A DNA stretch of 64,000 bases from Octopus sinensis (lineage: Eukaryota), in NCBI RefSeq assembly GCF_006345805.1, contig NC_042998.1, positions 149,482,001 to 149,546,000 on the forward strand, read 5' to 3'. A program made the position numbers and the translations under genes. The notes beneath the pieces are model-generated. The model did no database searches, was not told the DNA's origin, and saw nothing but the letters and a program-made list of their open reading frames with translations. Shown in pieces: positions 24,062 to 38,216 of the stretch (within the stretch, counting starts at the first letter, position 1; the number at the start of each line of letters is the position of its first letter).

Positions 24062-25062
24062 TGTGTGTGTGTTTGCATTTCTCCTCCGACCATTTGACAA
24101 CTGTTGGTTATGTTTCCGTACCTTAGGAGTTCTTCAATAAGAAACCTATAGAATAGAAACCAACCTTAGATAATGGAATACTAGGATCGGTTTGTTCGAC
24201 TAAGCCGTTAAAGGTGGTAAGGTAGTGCCCAGCATGACTGTAGTCAAATGGATGAAGGTAAAACAAAAAGATATACCCTCCTTCTTCCATTTTCCTGAGC
24301 GCCTAATAATAATAATACTGTAATTGTTCCACGTGTTGTTGTTTTTTCTGTTTTCCCGTTTGGATTAACCTTATATATATAGATATATATATATATATAA
24401 TATATGCATATGTTTTCTATTTTATTAACATATTAACGACTAAACCACGCACCCTATTAAGTAAGACTTTTTCTGTTTATCAAGTTAGCCTTGATATTAA
24501 CTCTCACGCGACTCTGCATCTTTCTTTCTTTCTCTCCCATTCCCTTTTTCGTCTTTTTTTCCTCACTTAACTTGTCTCTTCCTCTCTCTCTCATTCTCTA
24601 TTCTCTCTCTCCCTTTCACCATTCTTCATGGTCTCCTCGCCCATTCCCCTTCTTCTCCTCTCTTCCTCTTGCTCCTCCTCCCCTTCCGCTCCTCCTCCCC
24701 ATCCCGGTCGTCCATCTCGACGAATACTTCCGTCGTAACTGCTATCCTGTCCTTTCTCGCCCGCCTTCTAAGGCTACTGGTCGACACATTTTCTCTCTCT
24801 CGTCGTCCACGATAATCCAGCGTTTGCAATACTTTTTTCGTCTGGCGTTAACAGCCCTTCTATCTTGTTCTCCTTGCCTGTCCTCTCACTGTTATATATT
24901 TATTTTTCCACTGTCTATATATATATATTTTACTGTTTATATGTTTGTACTGTCGTTACCGTCTTGCCTTTTTTTTACCCCTCTGCGAAAAGATCTCAGA
25001 ATTTTAATTGATTTGCTTTTTCGCGGGAAGGAAGTTTTCTTCGAAGTATACGTCTCGCTTTT

Positions 25063-25111
25063 ATCCTCGAAACGTTTAGTAGATGAAACCTTAGCGACTG
25101 AAGAAGGGGAT
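25063..25111 (+). ncRNA. Candidate type II (permuted) hammerhead motif
   Basis: ATCCTC-GAAA-CG-TT-(21 nt)-CTGAAGA-A-GGGGAT; helix II pairs 6/6 but helix I is weak. Confidence 0.35.
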
Positions 25112-25300
25112 TTTTCGTTGTGCTTATTGTCCTGTATCTCTCTTTTTTTTTTTTTTTGCTTGTCTTGTTCCTTGGTTTGTGTCTATGTGTTTCGTCTCTC
25201 TATGTGTTCGACGTCTTTTTGGTGTCCTGTACACATATATGCGTGTTATGTACATGTAGAGGTAGGTACGTACAATATGTTTTTATATATGCATATATAT
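25105..25300 (+). repeat. Interspersed repeat family ending tagaggtaggtacgtacatatatg, next to (TA)n
   Basis: Related copies at about 26290-26410, 43378-43587 and 44745-44945. Confidence 0.7.
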
Positions 25301-25355
25301 ATATATATTATATATATATATATATATATATGTATAATATATATAATAATATATA

Positions 25356-25870
25356 CTAGCAGTATCGCCCGGCGTTGCTCGTTTTGTAAGGGAAATAACT
25401 ATATAAGCATTTTTAGAGAGTTACTTCCCTTATAGATGCCAATTTGGGCTTTCTTAGCCATTTCTGTGTTGGTGTCTTCAAGCCATGAAGTCGTTGTTCT
25501 AAAAGAACGCTGGTCTCCTTGACAACGCTTTACGACGTTGATTCCTTACACTCCCTCCTCACAAGCTTCACGAGGTAGGGAAGAAGGGGGAGAAGCAAAC
25601 AGGTGCAGGTGTGACCATGGACGCAACTCTCCGCCGCCACTCGACCACACGAAAAATTACGCATTAAAATTGATAAAAAATGATGTTAAATTATTTTTAA
25701 AATCGTAGACTCATCGTAGACGCGCGCTACTACTCAGACGGGCTCGATATGAATCACGACTATAAGATACCCGAATTTGGTTAAACTGCACCGCAAAATG
25801 TGGGAGTAGTTAGGAATCTAAATCGAAGGGGACAGACACTCACACAACTACAGTTTTATATATATATAGT
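25356..25870 (-). mobile_element. Non-autonomous Helitron, downstream unit of a tandem pair
   Basis: Reverse complement of the 14191 family 3' end (ctagcagtatcgcccggcgttgctc); 5' end ctatatatataaaactg. Confidence 0.8.
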
Positions 25871-26288
25871 CTAGCAGTATCGCCCGGCGTTGCTCGGGTT
25901 TGTAAGGGAAATAACTATATAAGCATTTTTAGTGAGTTATAGCAAAAAAATAGCAAAAGAATGCATTAAAAATGGAATAAAAAATGATGATAATTTTGGT
26001 GTCTTCAAGCCATGAAGTCGTTGTTCTAAAAGAACGCTGGTCTCCTTGACAACGCTTTACGCGACGTTGATTTCTTACACTTCCTTCCCCACAGGCTTCA
26101 CGAGGGAGGGAAGAAGGGGGAGAAGCAACACAGGTGCAGGTGTTTAGCATGGACGCCAACTCTCTGCCCGCCAGCGACACAAGAAAAAATTGGAAGAAAT
26201 GGAAAAAAATGATGTTAAATTATTTTTAAAATCGTAGACTCATCGTAGACGCGCGCTAATACCCAGACGGGCTCCATATGAATCACGT
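25871..26288 (-). mobile_element. Non-autonomous Helitron, 5'-truncated upstream unit of a tandem pair
   Basis: Second ctagcagtatcgcccggcgttgctcggg start; body repeats most of the first unit. Confidence 0.8.
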
Positions 26289-26472
26289 TTTCGTTTCTCG
26301 TTGGGTTCTACGTCTATTTGTGGTGTCGTGTACTCACGTATATATATTTATATATGCATGTATATATACATGTAGATGTAGGTACGTACATATATGTATG
26401 TATGTATGCATATATTTTATTTATTACACTATTATATATATATATACACTAGATATATATATATATACATAT

Positions 26473-26533
<61 letters not shown>

Positions 26534-26584
26534 ATATATATTATTATATATAATACATATACATATACATAATACATACATAAA

Positions 26585-26890
26585 TATAGGCGCAGTAGTT
26601 GCTGTGTGGTAAGTAGCTTGCGTGGCACCTTGTGAGTGATTTGGTAGACGGTATATATATCTATGTATGTGTCTGTTGTTTGTGTCTGTATTTGTCCCCC
26701 GCCCGCCATCGCTTGACAACCGATGCTGGTGTGTTTACGTCCCTGTAACTTAGTGGTTCGGCAAAAGAGACCGATAAAATAAGTACTAGGTTTACGAAGT
26801 ATAAGCCCTGGGGTCGATTTGTTCGACTAAAAGTGGTGCTCCAGCATGGCCGCAGTCAAATGACTGAAGCAAGTAAAAGAATAAAAGAAT
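26585..26890 (+). mobile_element. tRNA-derived SINE (internally deleted)
   Basis: Head ggcgcagtagttgctgtgtggtaag; tail gtggtgctccagcatggccgcagtcaaatgactgaa. Confidence 0.85.
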
Positions 26891-28861
26891 ATATATAAGC
26901 ACACACACACTTGAATCTCTCGCTTTCCATATATATAATTTATCATGCACATACCCATCCCATACGCATACACACACACAATAACAATACATACATACAC
27001 ACATACACACATACATACATACATACATACATACATACATACATACATGCATACATACATACATACGTGGGGGTGGGCCGCATGTTTATGGAATGTGAAA
27101 AAAAGAAATGTGTGTGATGTTATAGATCGGGGGTAAAACATGAACTTGGGGTGAAAATAGAAAAATTTCTGAAGTAACGGAAAAACAAAACAAAAGCACA
27201 AAAAATAAAGCCACGTGACGAAGAAAACAGTGTAGTAGTAGTAGTAGTAGTAGTAGTAGTATAGTAGTAGTAGTAGTGGTGGTGGTGGTGGTGGTGTGGT
27301 GGTGGTGGTGGTGGTGATGGTGGCGGTAATTGATCCAGCTGATGACGTGAAGCTAGAGAGAGAATGGTTGGAGGATTATTGTAGCTTCTTATAGCAGTGG
27401 GAACCTTTAAGCGAATTAGTAATGTGCACACGGCTGTGTGTGTATGTGTGTGTGTCGTGGTGATATAGGAGAGGGGAGGAGGAAGAGGAGGAGGAGGAGG
27501 AGGAGAAGGAGAGAGAAAGAATTGTCGATGAGTGTGTTGGTAATTGGTGAGCGCGTGTGTTTGCGTGTGTACTCAAGGGAAATACACCTTCACACACAAA
27601 CATATACGCACATGAACATGAAGGCGCGCACACATACATATATAGGTACATACATATTTTATATGTACGTATGCATTTATGTATATGTATATATATATAT
27701 ATATACATACACCTAAGCATAAATACGAATACAGACTTTTATACATACATATATACATACACGTATATACGTATATATCTTTAACACATGCCAAAACAAT
27801 ATACGTGTGCGTATATTTTATATATATATATATATATATAATTGTATATACTTGGATATACATTTTTCACAGAATCATATACACACGTACATACATGGAA
27901 GCTTCGCACCCATACATATACAAAGAACTGCATTATTGCTTGCGTTTTCTAGTCTGTGGGGTGTATTTTGAAGGAATTAAGCTGCTATTTTTAGCGGCTG
28001 TTGATGTTGTCATGGTAACTACTGTTACGATTGTTGCTGTTGTTGTTGATAGTGGTTGTGGTGATGGTAATGGCGGCAGTGAAGCCGTTGATCACGGTTG
28101 TGGTGGACAACAGGCCATAACTATTCCTAGAACCACATTATCTAGTTCCTTTTTTTTTTCTTTTCTTTTTTTGTAAGAATGAAAGGTTTGGGGCTTTGAG
28201 TGAATTTTGCCTGCTCTTTCTATCACGTTATATGACCATTCTTCATTTTGTTTTTATTAATTAACATGTCTAAGTCATTAGATTGCGTCCATGTTGGGGC
28301 ACCGCCTTGTAAAAGACCCATGTTCCGTTAAGTGAAGCACTTAACTTATAGGAATCTATTTTTGCCAAACTACTCAGTTACAGAGACGTTAAAAAACCGA
28401 CAGCGGTTGTCAAGTGATGAGATAACACCCGCAAACTCGCACGCATACGCACTCATATAAAGCAAAATAAAAAGGGTCAGTTTGTTCATAAAATATGTTA
28501 CGTCGTCTTACGTATCTTTCATTAATAAAGATACAATTGATACTATGTATAGCTTATAAGTAGATTATATTGTTAACTCTTCGAAGACTATGTATCTTTC
28601 ATTTGAAATCTTTAATAATCATACTGGACCGCTAACAGTGATATAGTATAGACTGTCATAACAACTGGTATAATATTTTCTAATCCCTAATACACTCAAG
28701 GAACACCAAAGCAAAAATATATGAATAAATAAATAAATAAATAATAAATAAATAAATATTAAGAACTTCTACTATCCGTGTAAATAATACAAATTAACTA
28801 AGGCGGTGTGATTCTGGAACCACTTAGGGAGAGCTCACTACTTTCGATTGTGACAAATGGT

Positions 28862-30022
28862 AAGAGGATCGGCTAAAAAGTTCATAGGCTGACCAATACA
28901 CTCTCATGGAATGTGAGCAAATGAGGTTTATTTTTTGACATAGACCCCACCCCTCTGCAGTCCACACATTTCCTCCATCGGTATTCCAGTGCTTGGATCC
29001 CATTGGTGAAGAAGCTTTCATTCTGTTGCTCAGAAAAGCCATGAACTGCAGATATGACGTCATCATCACTGAGATACTGGTTCCCAGCCAAGTGGTTTTA
29101 TATATATATATATAACGTATACATAAAGATGATAGATGGAGCCAAAGCAGAAAGATAGGAAGGATGATCAACCAGTTTAAATCCACAATCACGCATAACA
29201 GCTATTGAAACCAAGGACTTTTGTGCTGGAGCATTGCCCTGATGAAACAAGGCCCCTTCCTCAGTATTCCTGCACGTTTGGTATTCTTAGCCTTTCCATT
29301 GGTGGTGTGTCCTTTTGAAGATAGTCAAGAAACACAATGTCTTTTGCATTTCAAAAACCTGAGTCCCTGATCTTCCCCTGAAGATGGCGATGGGCAAAGA
29401 ACTTTGCTTTCTTTGGAACGGGTGAAGAGGAGTGTTTTTGCTGCATGGATCATCTCTTTGTCTCTGCCTCAAAATGATGAAGACAACACTCATTCCTGGG
29501 TTAAGAAACGTTCAAGGAAACAAACTGGATCTGCCTGGAACAATGTAAAATTTTCCCATAATGTGATCAGCCTGGAACGCCTTTGATCAGGTGTCAGATG
29601 ACGTGGCACACACCGAGCAGAAACGTTCGTCATGCCAAGTTCGCTGTGCAGAAAATTCTTAGTTCCCTTACGGGATATGCTAATAGTATTGGCTATTTGA
29701 TTTATACCCAGTCGCTTGTCCTCTTCATGACTTTCCCTTCCCCGGCTAAATTCAGCTTCCCACTTTAGCACTGTTAATAGAATTGGAGCGCCATCTCCTA
29801 ATATAACAACCGCATCGGCATGAATATCCTTGCGGGCTAAACCCTTTTCCTGCAAGTACTTGATAACACGACGATACCAAATTTTGTCTATTTTCAAGTG
29901 ACGTCGCTCTTAGTTACTTTTGAAGTCTTCTTTGAACAGTCAGATATCAATTTACCTGGAAAGGAACAATGCTGTTATTAACAAGAAGGGCCCTATATTA
30001 TCACTCCTTCATAGTCAGTCTA
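28862..30022 (-). mobile_element. Decayed mariner transposon
   Basis: KIWYRRVIKYL..KGL..KDIHAD, MTNVSARCVPRHLT, SDDDVISAV..FFTNGIQALEYRWRKCV; TIR aaaagttcataggctgac. Confidence 0.85.
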
Positions 30023-30556
30023 GATATATGTATATTAAAACACAGGAGACTGTTTATAAGATATTTAGTTAGACCATCTTACGTATATTTCATTAATTAC
30101 TAATTACATAACGTAAATTGTAGTCAAGACTTCTTACCAAATCGTCAGGGACCTAACATTTATACGTAAACATTATTGGAGTACAGAAATGTTGAGAGAG
30201 GTAACTGCATAGTTTGGTAGGAGAGAAATAGGAGTTACCACATTTCATATATATGTATGTGTGCAACTACGTATATATATATGTATATATGTGTGAGCGT
30301 GCATGCATTATATATGCATGTATGTATGCATGTATATATGTATGAATGCATGTATGCATGTATGTGTGTATGTCTACTTTTTAATGTTTTGAATCAGTAG
30401 AAAGCTATGTGACACAAGGGCTAAAAATTTCGTATGTGACACTTATGAAACATGATGAATACCAGCCACAAAACTCTCCGCCCCTTCGACTTTTGCAATT
30501 TTCTGCCGGTTAGAAAATAACAAGCGTATTTATATAACGTATATATATACATATAT

Positions 30557-30588
<32 letters not shown>

Positions 30589-30670
30589 AACGTATACACA
30601 CCACACATATATATATATATCAGACATAATATCATACATACACATATAGTTGTGTGTATGTGTATATATG

Positions 30671-30743
<73 letters not shown>

Positions 30744-31602
30744 AAGAAAAATAAGTTGGCTAGCAGCAAGCTGTTTCGCCTCATACCGAAGGAATTAGAA
30801 ATGGCAGTCAAAGACCGTTTTTTCCATTCTATAAGTGGAGATTCAAAAACGAAGGCCCTATATATATAATATATATATATATATATGCGTACGTATTAAG
30901 TATGCAATACATACATAGATAACACCAACGCACGTACATGCACACACACATTCACACACACATATACACATACGCTCACACATTTACGCAATGGCACACA
31001 CACACACGCACACGCACACACACATACACACAAATGTACACGCCACATACACAAACAGCTGAGCGTATGGGAAAAACGCCGGCTCTTCAGTCTACCGAAC
31101 TGCTACGCAGAAAACGGATGGTTCTAGGTGCTGGAAGGGATGTGTGTGTGTGTGGTAGGCTGGGGGTGGTGGTGGTGATGTACGGCACATAAATATCTCG
31201 TAATAGACGTAGCTCTTCAAAGTAAGCTTGTTGTAGTTGTTAGCGGCGGCGGTAGTGGTGGTTAGGGTTGTCGGTGGCGCGGCGGTGATGGCGATGGAAT
31301 TGATGGTGTTGGTGGTTCAGTGGGTAGCGGTGATATTTCTGCTATAGCTCTTGGTTTTTTAGCCCCAGGTGGGACCCGATGGAACAGATTTCTTGATCAC
31401 AGGCGCTCCATCCTTGACCATCCTGTCGCTGTCCATACACACAAATCCCTCTATGCAGCTCTCTCTATGAGGTTATATATGTGTGTGTGTGTGTGTGTGT
31501 GTATACATTAATGCGCATACATACACATATATGCACATACAAAATAATATATATATATATATATATATAGATATTATATATATATATATATATATATACG
31601 CA

Positions 31603-32255
31603 GTGTATGTATGCACGTATTTGTGTCTGTGTTTGTCTCCCATCATCGCTTGTCAACCGATGTTGGTGTGTGTGTTTACGTCCCCATAACTTAGCGCGGT
31701 TCAGCAAAAGAGGCTTACAAAGCATAGTTTGGGCTAGATTGTTGGACTTAAGGACGGCTCTAGCATGGCCGCAGTCAAAATGACTGAAACAAGTAAAGGA
31801 ATCCACGCACCAACACGCGCAACATACATACATACATACATGTAACATATCTCTAGGAATACACCAGCTATATGAATATGTCTATATGTATCTTGCGTAT
31901 GAATGTATGTATATATATATATATATTATATATATATATATAATACGGTGATGTATGCACGTATTTGTGTCTGTGTTGTCTCCCATCATCGCTTGTCAAC
32001 CGATGTTGGTGTGTTTACGTCCCCATAACTTAGCGCGGTTCAGCAAAAGAGGCTTACAAAGCATAAGTTTGGGCTAGATTTGTTGGACTTAAGGACGTGC
32101 TCTAGCATGGCCGCAGTCAAAATGACTGAAACAAGTAAAGGAATCCACGCACACACGCGCACATACATACATACATACATGTAACATATCTCTAGGAATA
32201 CACCAGCTATATGAATATGTCTATATGTATCTTGCGTATGAATGTATGTATATAT
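31603..32255 (+). repeat. Direct tandem duplication (~340 bp unit) of a SINE 3' half plus flank
   Basis: 31603-31915 and 31948-32255 are near-identical, differing mostly by 1-2 bp indels. Confidence 0.85.
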
Positions 32256-32323
<68 letters not shown>

Positions 32324-32329
32324 TATGTA

Positions 32330-34455
32330 TGCGCATAGTAGCGTGTGTTTTAAGGGGTTGTTGGTAATGGTGGAGATGTTGTTGCTATTGTTGTTGATGG
32401 TGGTGGTAGAGGTGAAGATGCTGATAGCAATAATGTTAAAATTGTTGGCGTCGGTGGTGTTGGTGGCGGTGGTGTCGGTGGTTCTCGTGCTTAAAACTCG
32501 TGGTGATGGTTGTTGTGCTGTCGATAGTACTGAGGGTGGGGCAGTTGCAGAAACATCATTACTGGTAGAGGCGGTGGTGGATGTGATGGATATTGTAGTG
32601 ATGGCGGTGGAGGTAAAGAACGGTGATGGCGGAGGTGGTTTTCCTGATGGTGGCGGTGTTATCTCTACTGGAGGTGATGTTGGCGTTAAACGCAATGTCT
32701 CAGGGAAACGAGTGGGAGAGGGTGTTTGACGGGGTGTTTGACGGGTATCCTGTACAGTGGTGGTCGTGGAGGTAGTCTGTGACTGACAGTGATGGTGGTG
32801 GCGTTGGTGGTGGCACTGTTTCCTGTGCTGGTTTTGTTTCCTGCACGGCTGATGTTAATGGCGGTCTTGTTATTGTTATTGGAGGCGGCGGCAGAGGCAT
32901 TAGTGTTGTTGTTGTTGTTGTTGTTGTTGCTAGTGGTGGTGTGATAGAGGTGGTAGTGGTAGTTTGTCTTGGCGCTAATAGCAGTGGCATTACTACGGCT
33001 GCTATGGTGGTTGCAAATGGTGACGACGGGGACGGTAGTGGTGGTAGTGCTGGTGGCGACTGCGGAGGTGGTGGCTGCGACTACGGTAGTAGCGGTGGTG
33101 GTGGTAACGGTGGAGCCTACGACGGCTTCGGTAATGGTGGCGGTAGTGGTGTTGATTGCTCAAAATGGTGGAGGCGATGACGTTGGCTTGGACAGTGAGG
33201 CGTTCGTTAAATGCGACGTGCTGTTTAACCCTAGCTCATATATAATCCATTTGACATACGCTGAAACACATTCCAGACGTGACCATCTCGTTTCATATCC
33301 GATGACTAGCGATTCCCAGGACCACTTTTATCCAACTTGTCCTATTACGGTGGCGTGTAAGTGGAGGGAGATTTGACTGCTATTTCTAGCAGGTCGGGGT
33401 GACCAACGTTCGCTCGGTTAGGTGGTGGTAGGGAAAACTAGTTTATAATGGTGGTGGTGGTGCTGGTGCTGGTGCTGGTGGTGACGGTGATGGTGGTGAT
33501 GGGGATGGTGGTGGTGATGGTGACAGTGTTATAGGCAGTGGTCATATTCGTGGTACAGAGCAGTATTGGTGGTGGTACTGTTGTTGTTGTTGTTAGTGGT
33601 GGTGGTAGTGGTAGTGGTAATCGTAGTGGCAGTGGTGATGGTGGTGGTGGTTGTGGTGGTTGCATATGAGGAGGTAGGTGTTTATAGTACCAGTGCGGCG
33701 GTGGTGGTGGTGGTGGTGGTGGTGGTGGTAGTGGTGGCGGCGGCGGCGGTGGTGGTGGTGGTGGTGCTGGTGGTGTGCTGGTGAGATTGTTGGTTGCGGT
33801 GTGGCGGCGGTGGCGACGGCATGATGCGGTTGTGGAGGTTACGTAAATAATGTTGGTGAATATATTGCAGACAGTGGTGGCGTTTGGGAGGGGGCGGCGT
33901 GGCGGTTGCTGCTGCTGCTGATAATAGATGTGGAGCGGCTGTGAACGTGGTGGGCGGAGATGTAAGACGAGACGCCAACAGCAGCAGCAGCAACTTCAGC
34001 AGCATTCAGCGCTGCCACACATTGCTGATGACGATGCCAGAGGCAGCGGTGGCAGCAATGGCGGCGTCGGCAAGCGGATGTAATGGCGGCAGTTGTGTAA
34101 CTGGATTGTGGTGGTGGCGTTAGAAGGTGCCGGGAAGTTAAGTTGGTGACGGAGATGGTTAGGGGTTTGTTGTTTAATGGCGGCGAAGTAGATGAGGATA
34201 GATTTTCGTCGTGGTGATGGTGCTGGTGGTGATGTTACCGGGAAGTGAGTTAGCTGCGGAGGGTTGGGGAGTGCGACGGTGATGTTGACTAGATGAAGAT
34301 GGTGGGGATGGTGACGGGAAGTTAGTTCTATGACGGTGAGGATGGCGTCGGGGTGGAGGCTAAGTGTGAAGCACAAGGTGTGGTGTGTTGGACAAAGACA
34401 GCGATCGCTGATTTCTAATAGCACTGGCAGTCCTAGTAGTAGTAGTAGTAGTAGT

Positions 34456-34498
<43 letters not shown>

Positions 34499-34500
34499 GG
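32330..34500. repeat. Degenerate (GGT/GTG/GAT)n low-complexity array
   Basis: Directly visible; source of the spurious Val/Gly/Thr/Pro-rich ORFs. Confidence 0.9.
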
Positions 34501-34888
34501 CGTTGCTGCTGCTGCTGAAGCAAATGATTATGGCAGTGGTGGCGGTTAGGGTGTTGCAGGCATACATATTCGAATATATATATATATATATGCATGCATA
34601 CACACACAACACATATATGATAGTGTATGTGTGTGTCTGTGTCTGTGTGTGTGTGAGTATTTGCCCATACACATGCATTCATGTACGTGTTTCAATGTGT
34701 GTCTATGTATATACATATACCTACATATACATCGATATCTATTTATCCATCTATAAATACATATATATATATATATATATATGTTAATTCACGCACGTAC
34801 ACATATATATGTAATATATGTATATATGCATTTATATATGTATGTGTGTGTGTGTGTATACCACACACACACACACACACACACACAC

Positions 34889-34923
<35 letters not shown>

Positions 34924-35129
34924 CTTATGTATGTACATATCTCTATGTGTATGCATGTATGCCTGCTGATTAAAGATGGCGACTACTCCGACGCCGCCGT
35001 CCCTCACCCCCATCACACCTCACATCCTCCGCAAGCTAGTTTTGTCTTTCTTTTTGGTTTTTTTTTGTTGTTGCTTTTTTTCCTTGTCTTCTTTTTACTT
35101 ATTACATTTCCATACCAGCAGCTGTCGCT

Positions 35130-35680
35130 CTTCTACCACCACCACTACCTCCACCACCATCAACACCACCACCAGCACCATAATCGCCGCCGTATTACTA
35201 ACATTGCAATCTTCATTAGCACAGTTGGCTGCTACTACCGACATTAGCCAACACCACCACCACCAACACCCGCACCACCAGCACTACAACCTCCACCATC
35301 ACAGCCATCACAGCACTACCACCACCACCAACAACACCAACACCAACACTACTAATTATAATACCATAAGGAACAAAAATAACAACACCGACACCAAGAA
35401 TATCGTCTGTAGCAGTTTCAAACCACCGCCACAACTACAACATCGCTAACACCACCGTTTTCACCACTACCACACTACCAACACCACCACAACCACCACC
35501 GCCACCACCAATACCACTACCACCACCAATACCAAAAGCACCACTACTACCACCACCACTAACACTCCCAAAAATTCCACCATCACCAACTCTTTACCAC
35601 CACCACAACCACCACCACCTCACCACACAACCACCACCACCACTACCACCACCACCACTACCACTACTTTCACTATAGAT
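35130..35680. repeat. Degenerate (ACC)n array
   Basis: Directly visible; opposite polarity to the 32330-34500 array. Confidence 0.9.
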
Positions 35681-35959
35681 CTCACCTACATATGTCTGCT
35701 CCATCCACGACCATCGCCTCTGAGTGGACATTCGATTTAGTAGTTATAGCGCCCCTCAAAGAAAACAGGAACGTATTGGTTAATGTAGGCCAAGGTGACC
35801 GAAAAATAAGACAGAATGGTCATAGGTGGAACGGTAATTGAATATTAGTCATACTGAATTATGGAGATTGGGTTAAACAAGAAAAGAAATAAGAATTGTA
35901 ATAAGAAAACCATCTATAAGGACAGCAGCAACAACAACAACAACAACGGTAACGACAAC

Positions 35960-37175
35960 AATGTCACTGCCTTGCCCCAGTTTAAGTTTTCACCAAATGG
36001 AGCGCGTACTCTTCCGTTTCCTGTGGAAGGGAAACGTTCCACTGATCAGGCACTCCATTTGCTGTCAACATCGCTGAACGGAGGGCTGAGCATGCCGCGG
36101 CTGTTGATGCACGGAGGCTACTACATTTCCACTGCTTCCTAAACGGTGAGCAAGTGTGGACGCCTTTTGTCAGACACGATTTCCCACAGCTCGTCTCTTT
36201 GTCAGAGCTGCATTCCTGGATCAAGCGTAGATCTAGGCAGGACGCCTAGCAGTTAAAGTGTCGTCAGGCACTCACAACCCTCGGTCAGTCGGACAATGTG
36301 GTCAGTGGAAATTCTACTCAGGTTTTCTATAGCGGGTTAGTGGCAGGCAATTGCGACGACGTTCGCAGGGAAACTCTGGGCGTCGTCGAGAATGTGCTGG
36401 GTGATCTTTTCCGGAGGATTTTCGAACCGTGGCCAATGGATAATTTTCAGAAATCCCTGGCTACCAAGGTGGAGGGCATTGCCGGTTCGGGATAAACACT
36501 GCAGGCATGGAAGTGCCGTCAGCCGGGTCTGCCCGAGATGTGTACAGAGCGATGAAACTGTTTTGCAGCTCTTGTCCAGTGCCCGAGTATTACTGACTTG
36601 TGGGTTTATGTCCAACACATGCTGTCGCGTGTAGGACGAATCCGGCTATTGGCTAAATCCATTATGATTGCCCCACCTTCCTTTGGCTGGGATGGGCAGG
36701 CAGTATTTCTTTGTCTGGTGGCCTTAGCGAAAGAAGTTGTCTTGTGGACCAGGTTGAAAGGGCTGAAGAAACACTTTCCCCTTTGGCAAAACCCTGATCA
36801 ACTTTTTCAAGTTTTACTTGAAAAGGAAAGTGAGGGTAGGGAGGGAAGTTCTGCATCCCAGCAATTTTGTCAAAAATGTGACGTGAATGGCTCGAGTGAA
36901 CGGGCCTATTCTAAACATTCGACTCTCGATCAAAGGTTGGACGAAAAGGATAGGGTACTTGTCCAAGCGATCAGGATGATCATGGTTTTTTTGTGGGGTT
37001 TGCACGAGAAGCCCTGGGAAGTCTCCGTCTTTTGCAGATTTAATTGTTATAACTTTTATTGTTTTTCTTTATTTGCAAGTTCCAATCTCACTCGTTTTGT
37101 ATTGTCCTGTATCGTCTCCAATCTTTTATATGAACTCTCATTGGTTAATAAAGAAAAGTTTTATTATTTATTCGA
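35960..37175 (+). mobile_element. 3' fragment of an L1/Tx1-like LINE
   Basis: LFRFLW.GK...GGLSMP and CPRC..DETV..(AL)..C zf-RVT-type C-terminus; A-rich 3' end. Confidence 0.7.
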
Positions 37176-37635
37176 CTAAAATTCTTCAGCGCAGTGCTCC
37201 AGCATGGAAACAATCGAATGACTGGATAAAGTAAGAGAACAAGGGAATAAATGCTGCTCGCAATGGTTCTCCCATAAGTCAAGAAAATACGCGATATAGA
37301 TAGTACAAACATAAAAAAAGTTCATATAAGTTTGAGAGGTATTTGAACTTGTAAAGGCTTTCCGCTGCAGTGAGTTGTGGAGGAAAATCAAATTATTACT
37401 GGCTCATTTACTCACACATTTTTTCCAACCTGGTAGCCAATGTGCTATCAGTCAATAATATCAATAATACGATAAAGGAAGCAAGACTTCTTAGTCAGCT
37501 CAGAGTTACCTCTCTTAGTATCTAGTGCGAAAGAGAACTTACGAATTCAAAATGCAACCATCGGTCTAACAGAGAGCACTCTATGGTCACTATAGTATTT
37601 TACTACCTTTTTGAGAAAGATTGAGTGAGAAAAAG

Positions 37636-37706
<71 letters not shown>

Positions 37707-37939
37707 AAGAAAGAGAGAGAGAGAGAAACAGGTACAGAAACAGAATATACTAGAATTTTTCAACTGACGTAATGTAAAAGGTATCAATATCGTGATCCAC
37801 ATACTTGTCTATTCTAGAAACAGTTGTGAGAGACTCTATATATTTATACTCTTTACCAAAATTAAATGTTTTTTCGTGTGCTTTGATTTTCTTCCATATG
37901 TATATATATATGCATACATACATACATACATACATATAT

Positions 37940-37996
<57 letters not shown>

Positions 37997-38046
37997 GTGT
38001 TGGCAATTTTCTTTCTCCGTCTTCCATTTCTATTAGACTTTCCTCT

Positions 38047-38081
38047 GTTTCTGAAGAAGTGCTCGGCTCGAAACGTTAAAC
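38047..38081 (+). ncRNA. Minimal type I hammerhead motif, canonical core
   Basis: GTTT-CTGAAGA-A-GTGC-tcg-GCTC-GAAA-CG-TT-AAAC; one helix II mismatch; downstream sequence related to 44600-44700. Confidence 0.7.
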
Positions 38082-38216
38082 CATCTTTCCTTCCTTCCCT
38101 GTGCGTCTGCTAATACTTTACATGTACCACGTCCCGCGCTGTTGGTTTTTTTTTTGTGCTTGTTCTTCGTGTTTATTTTTTTATTTATACACACACACAC
38201 ACATACTTTCTCTTTA

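Noticed and set aside
30745-30870. Hammerhead in a (TA)n-flanked module (minus strand, CCT...AGG-C-GAAAC-AGCT)
   Set aside because: No recognisable CUGANGA core; probably an eroded Penelope end.
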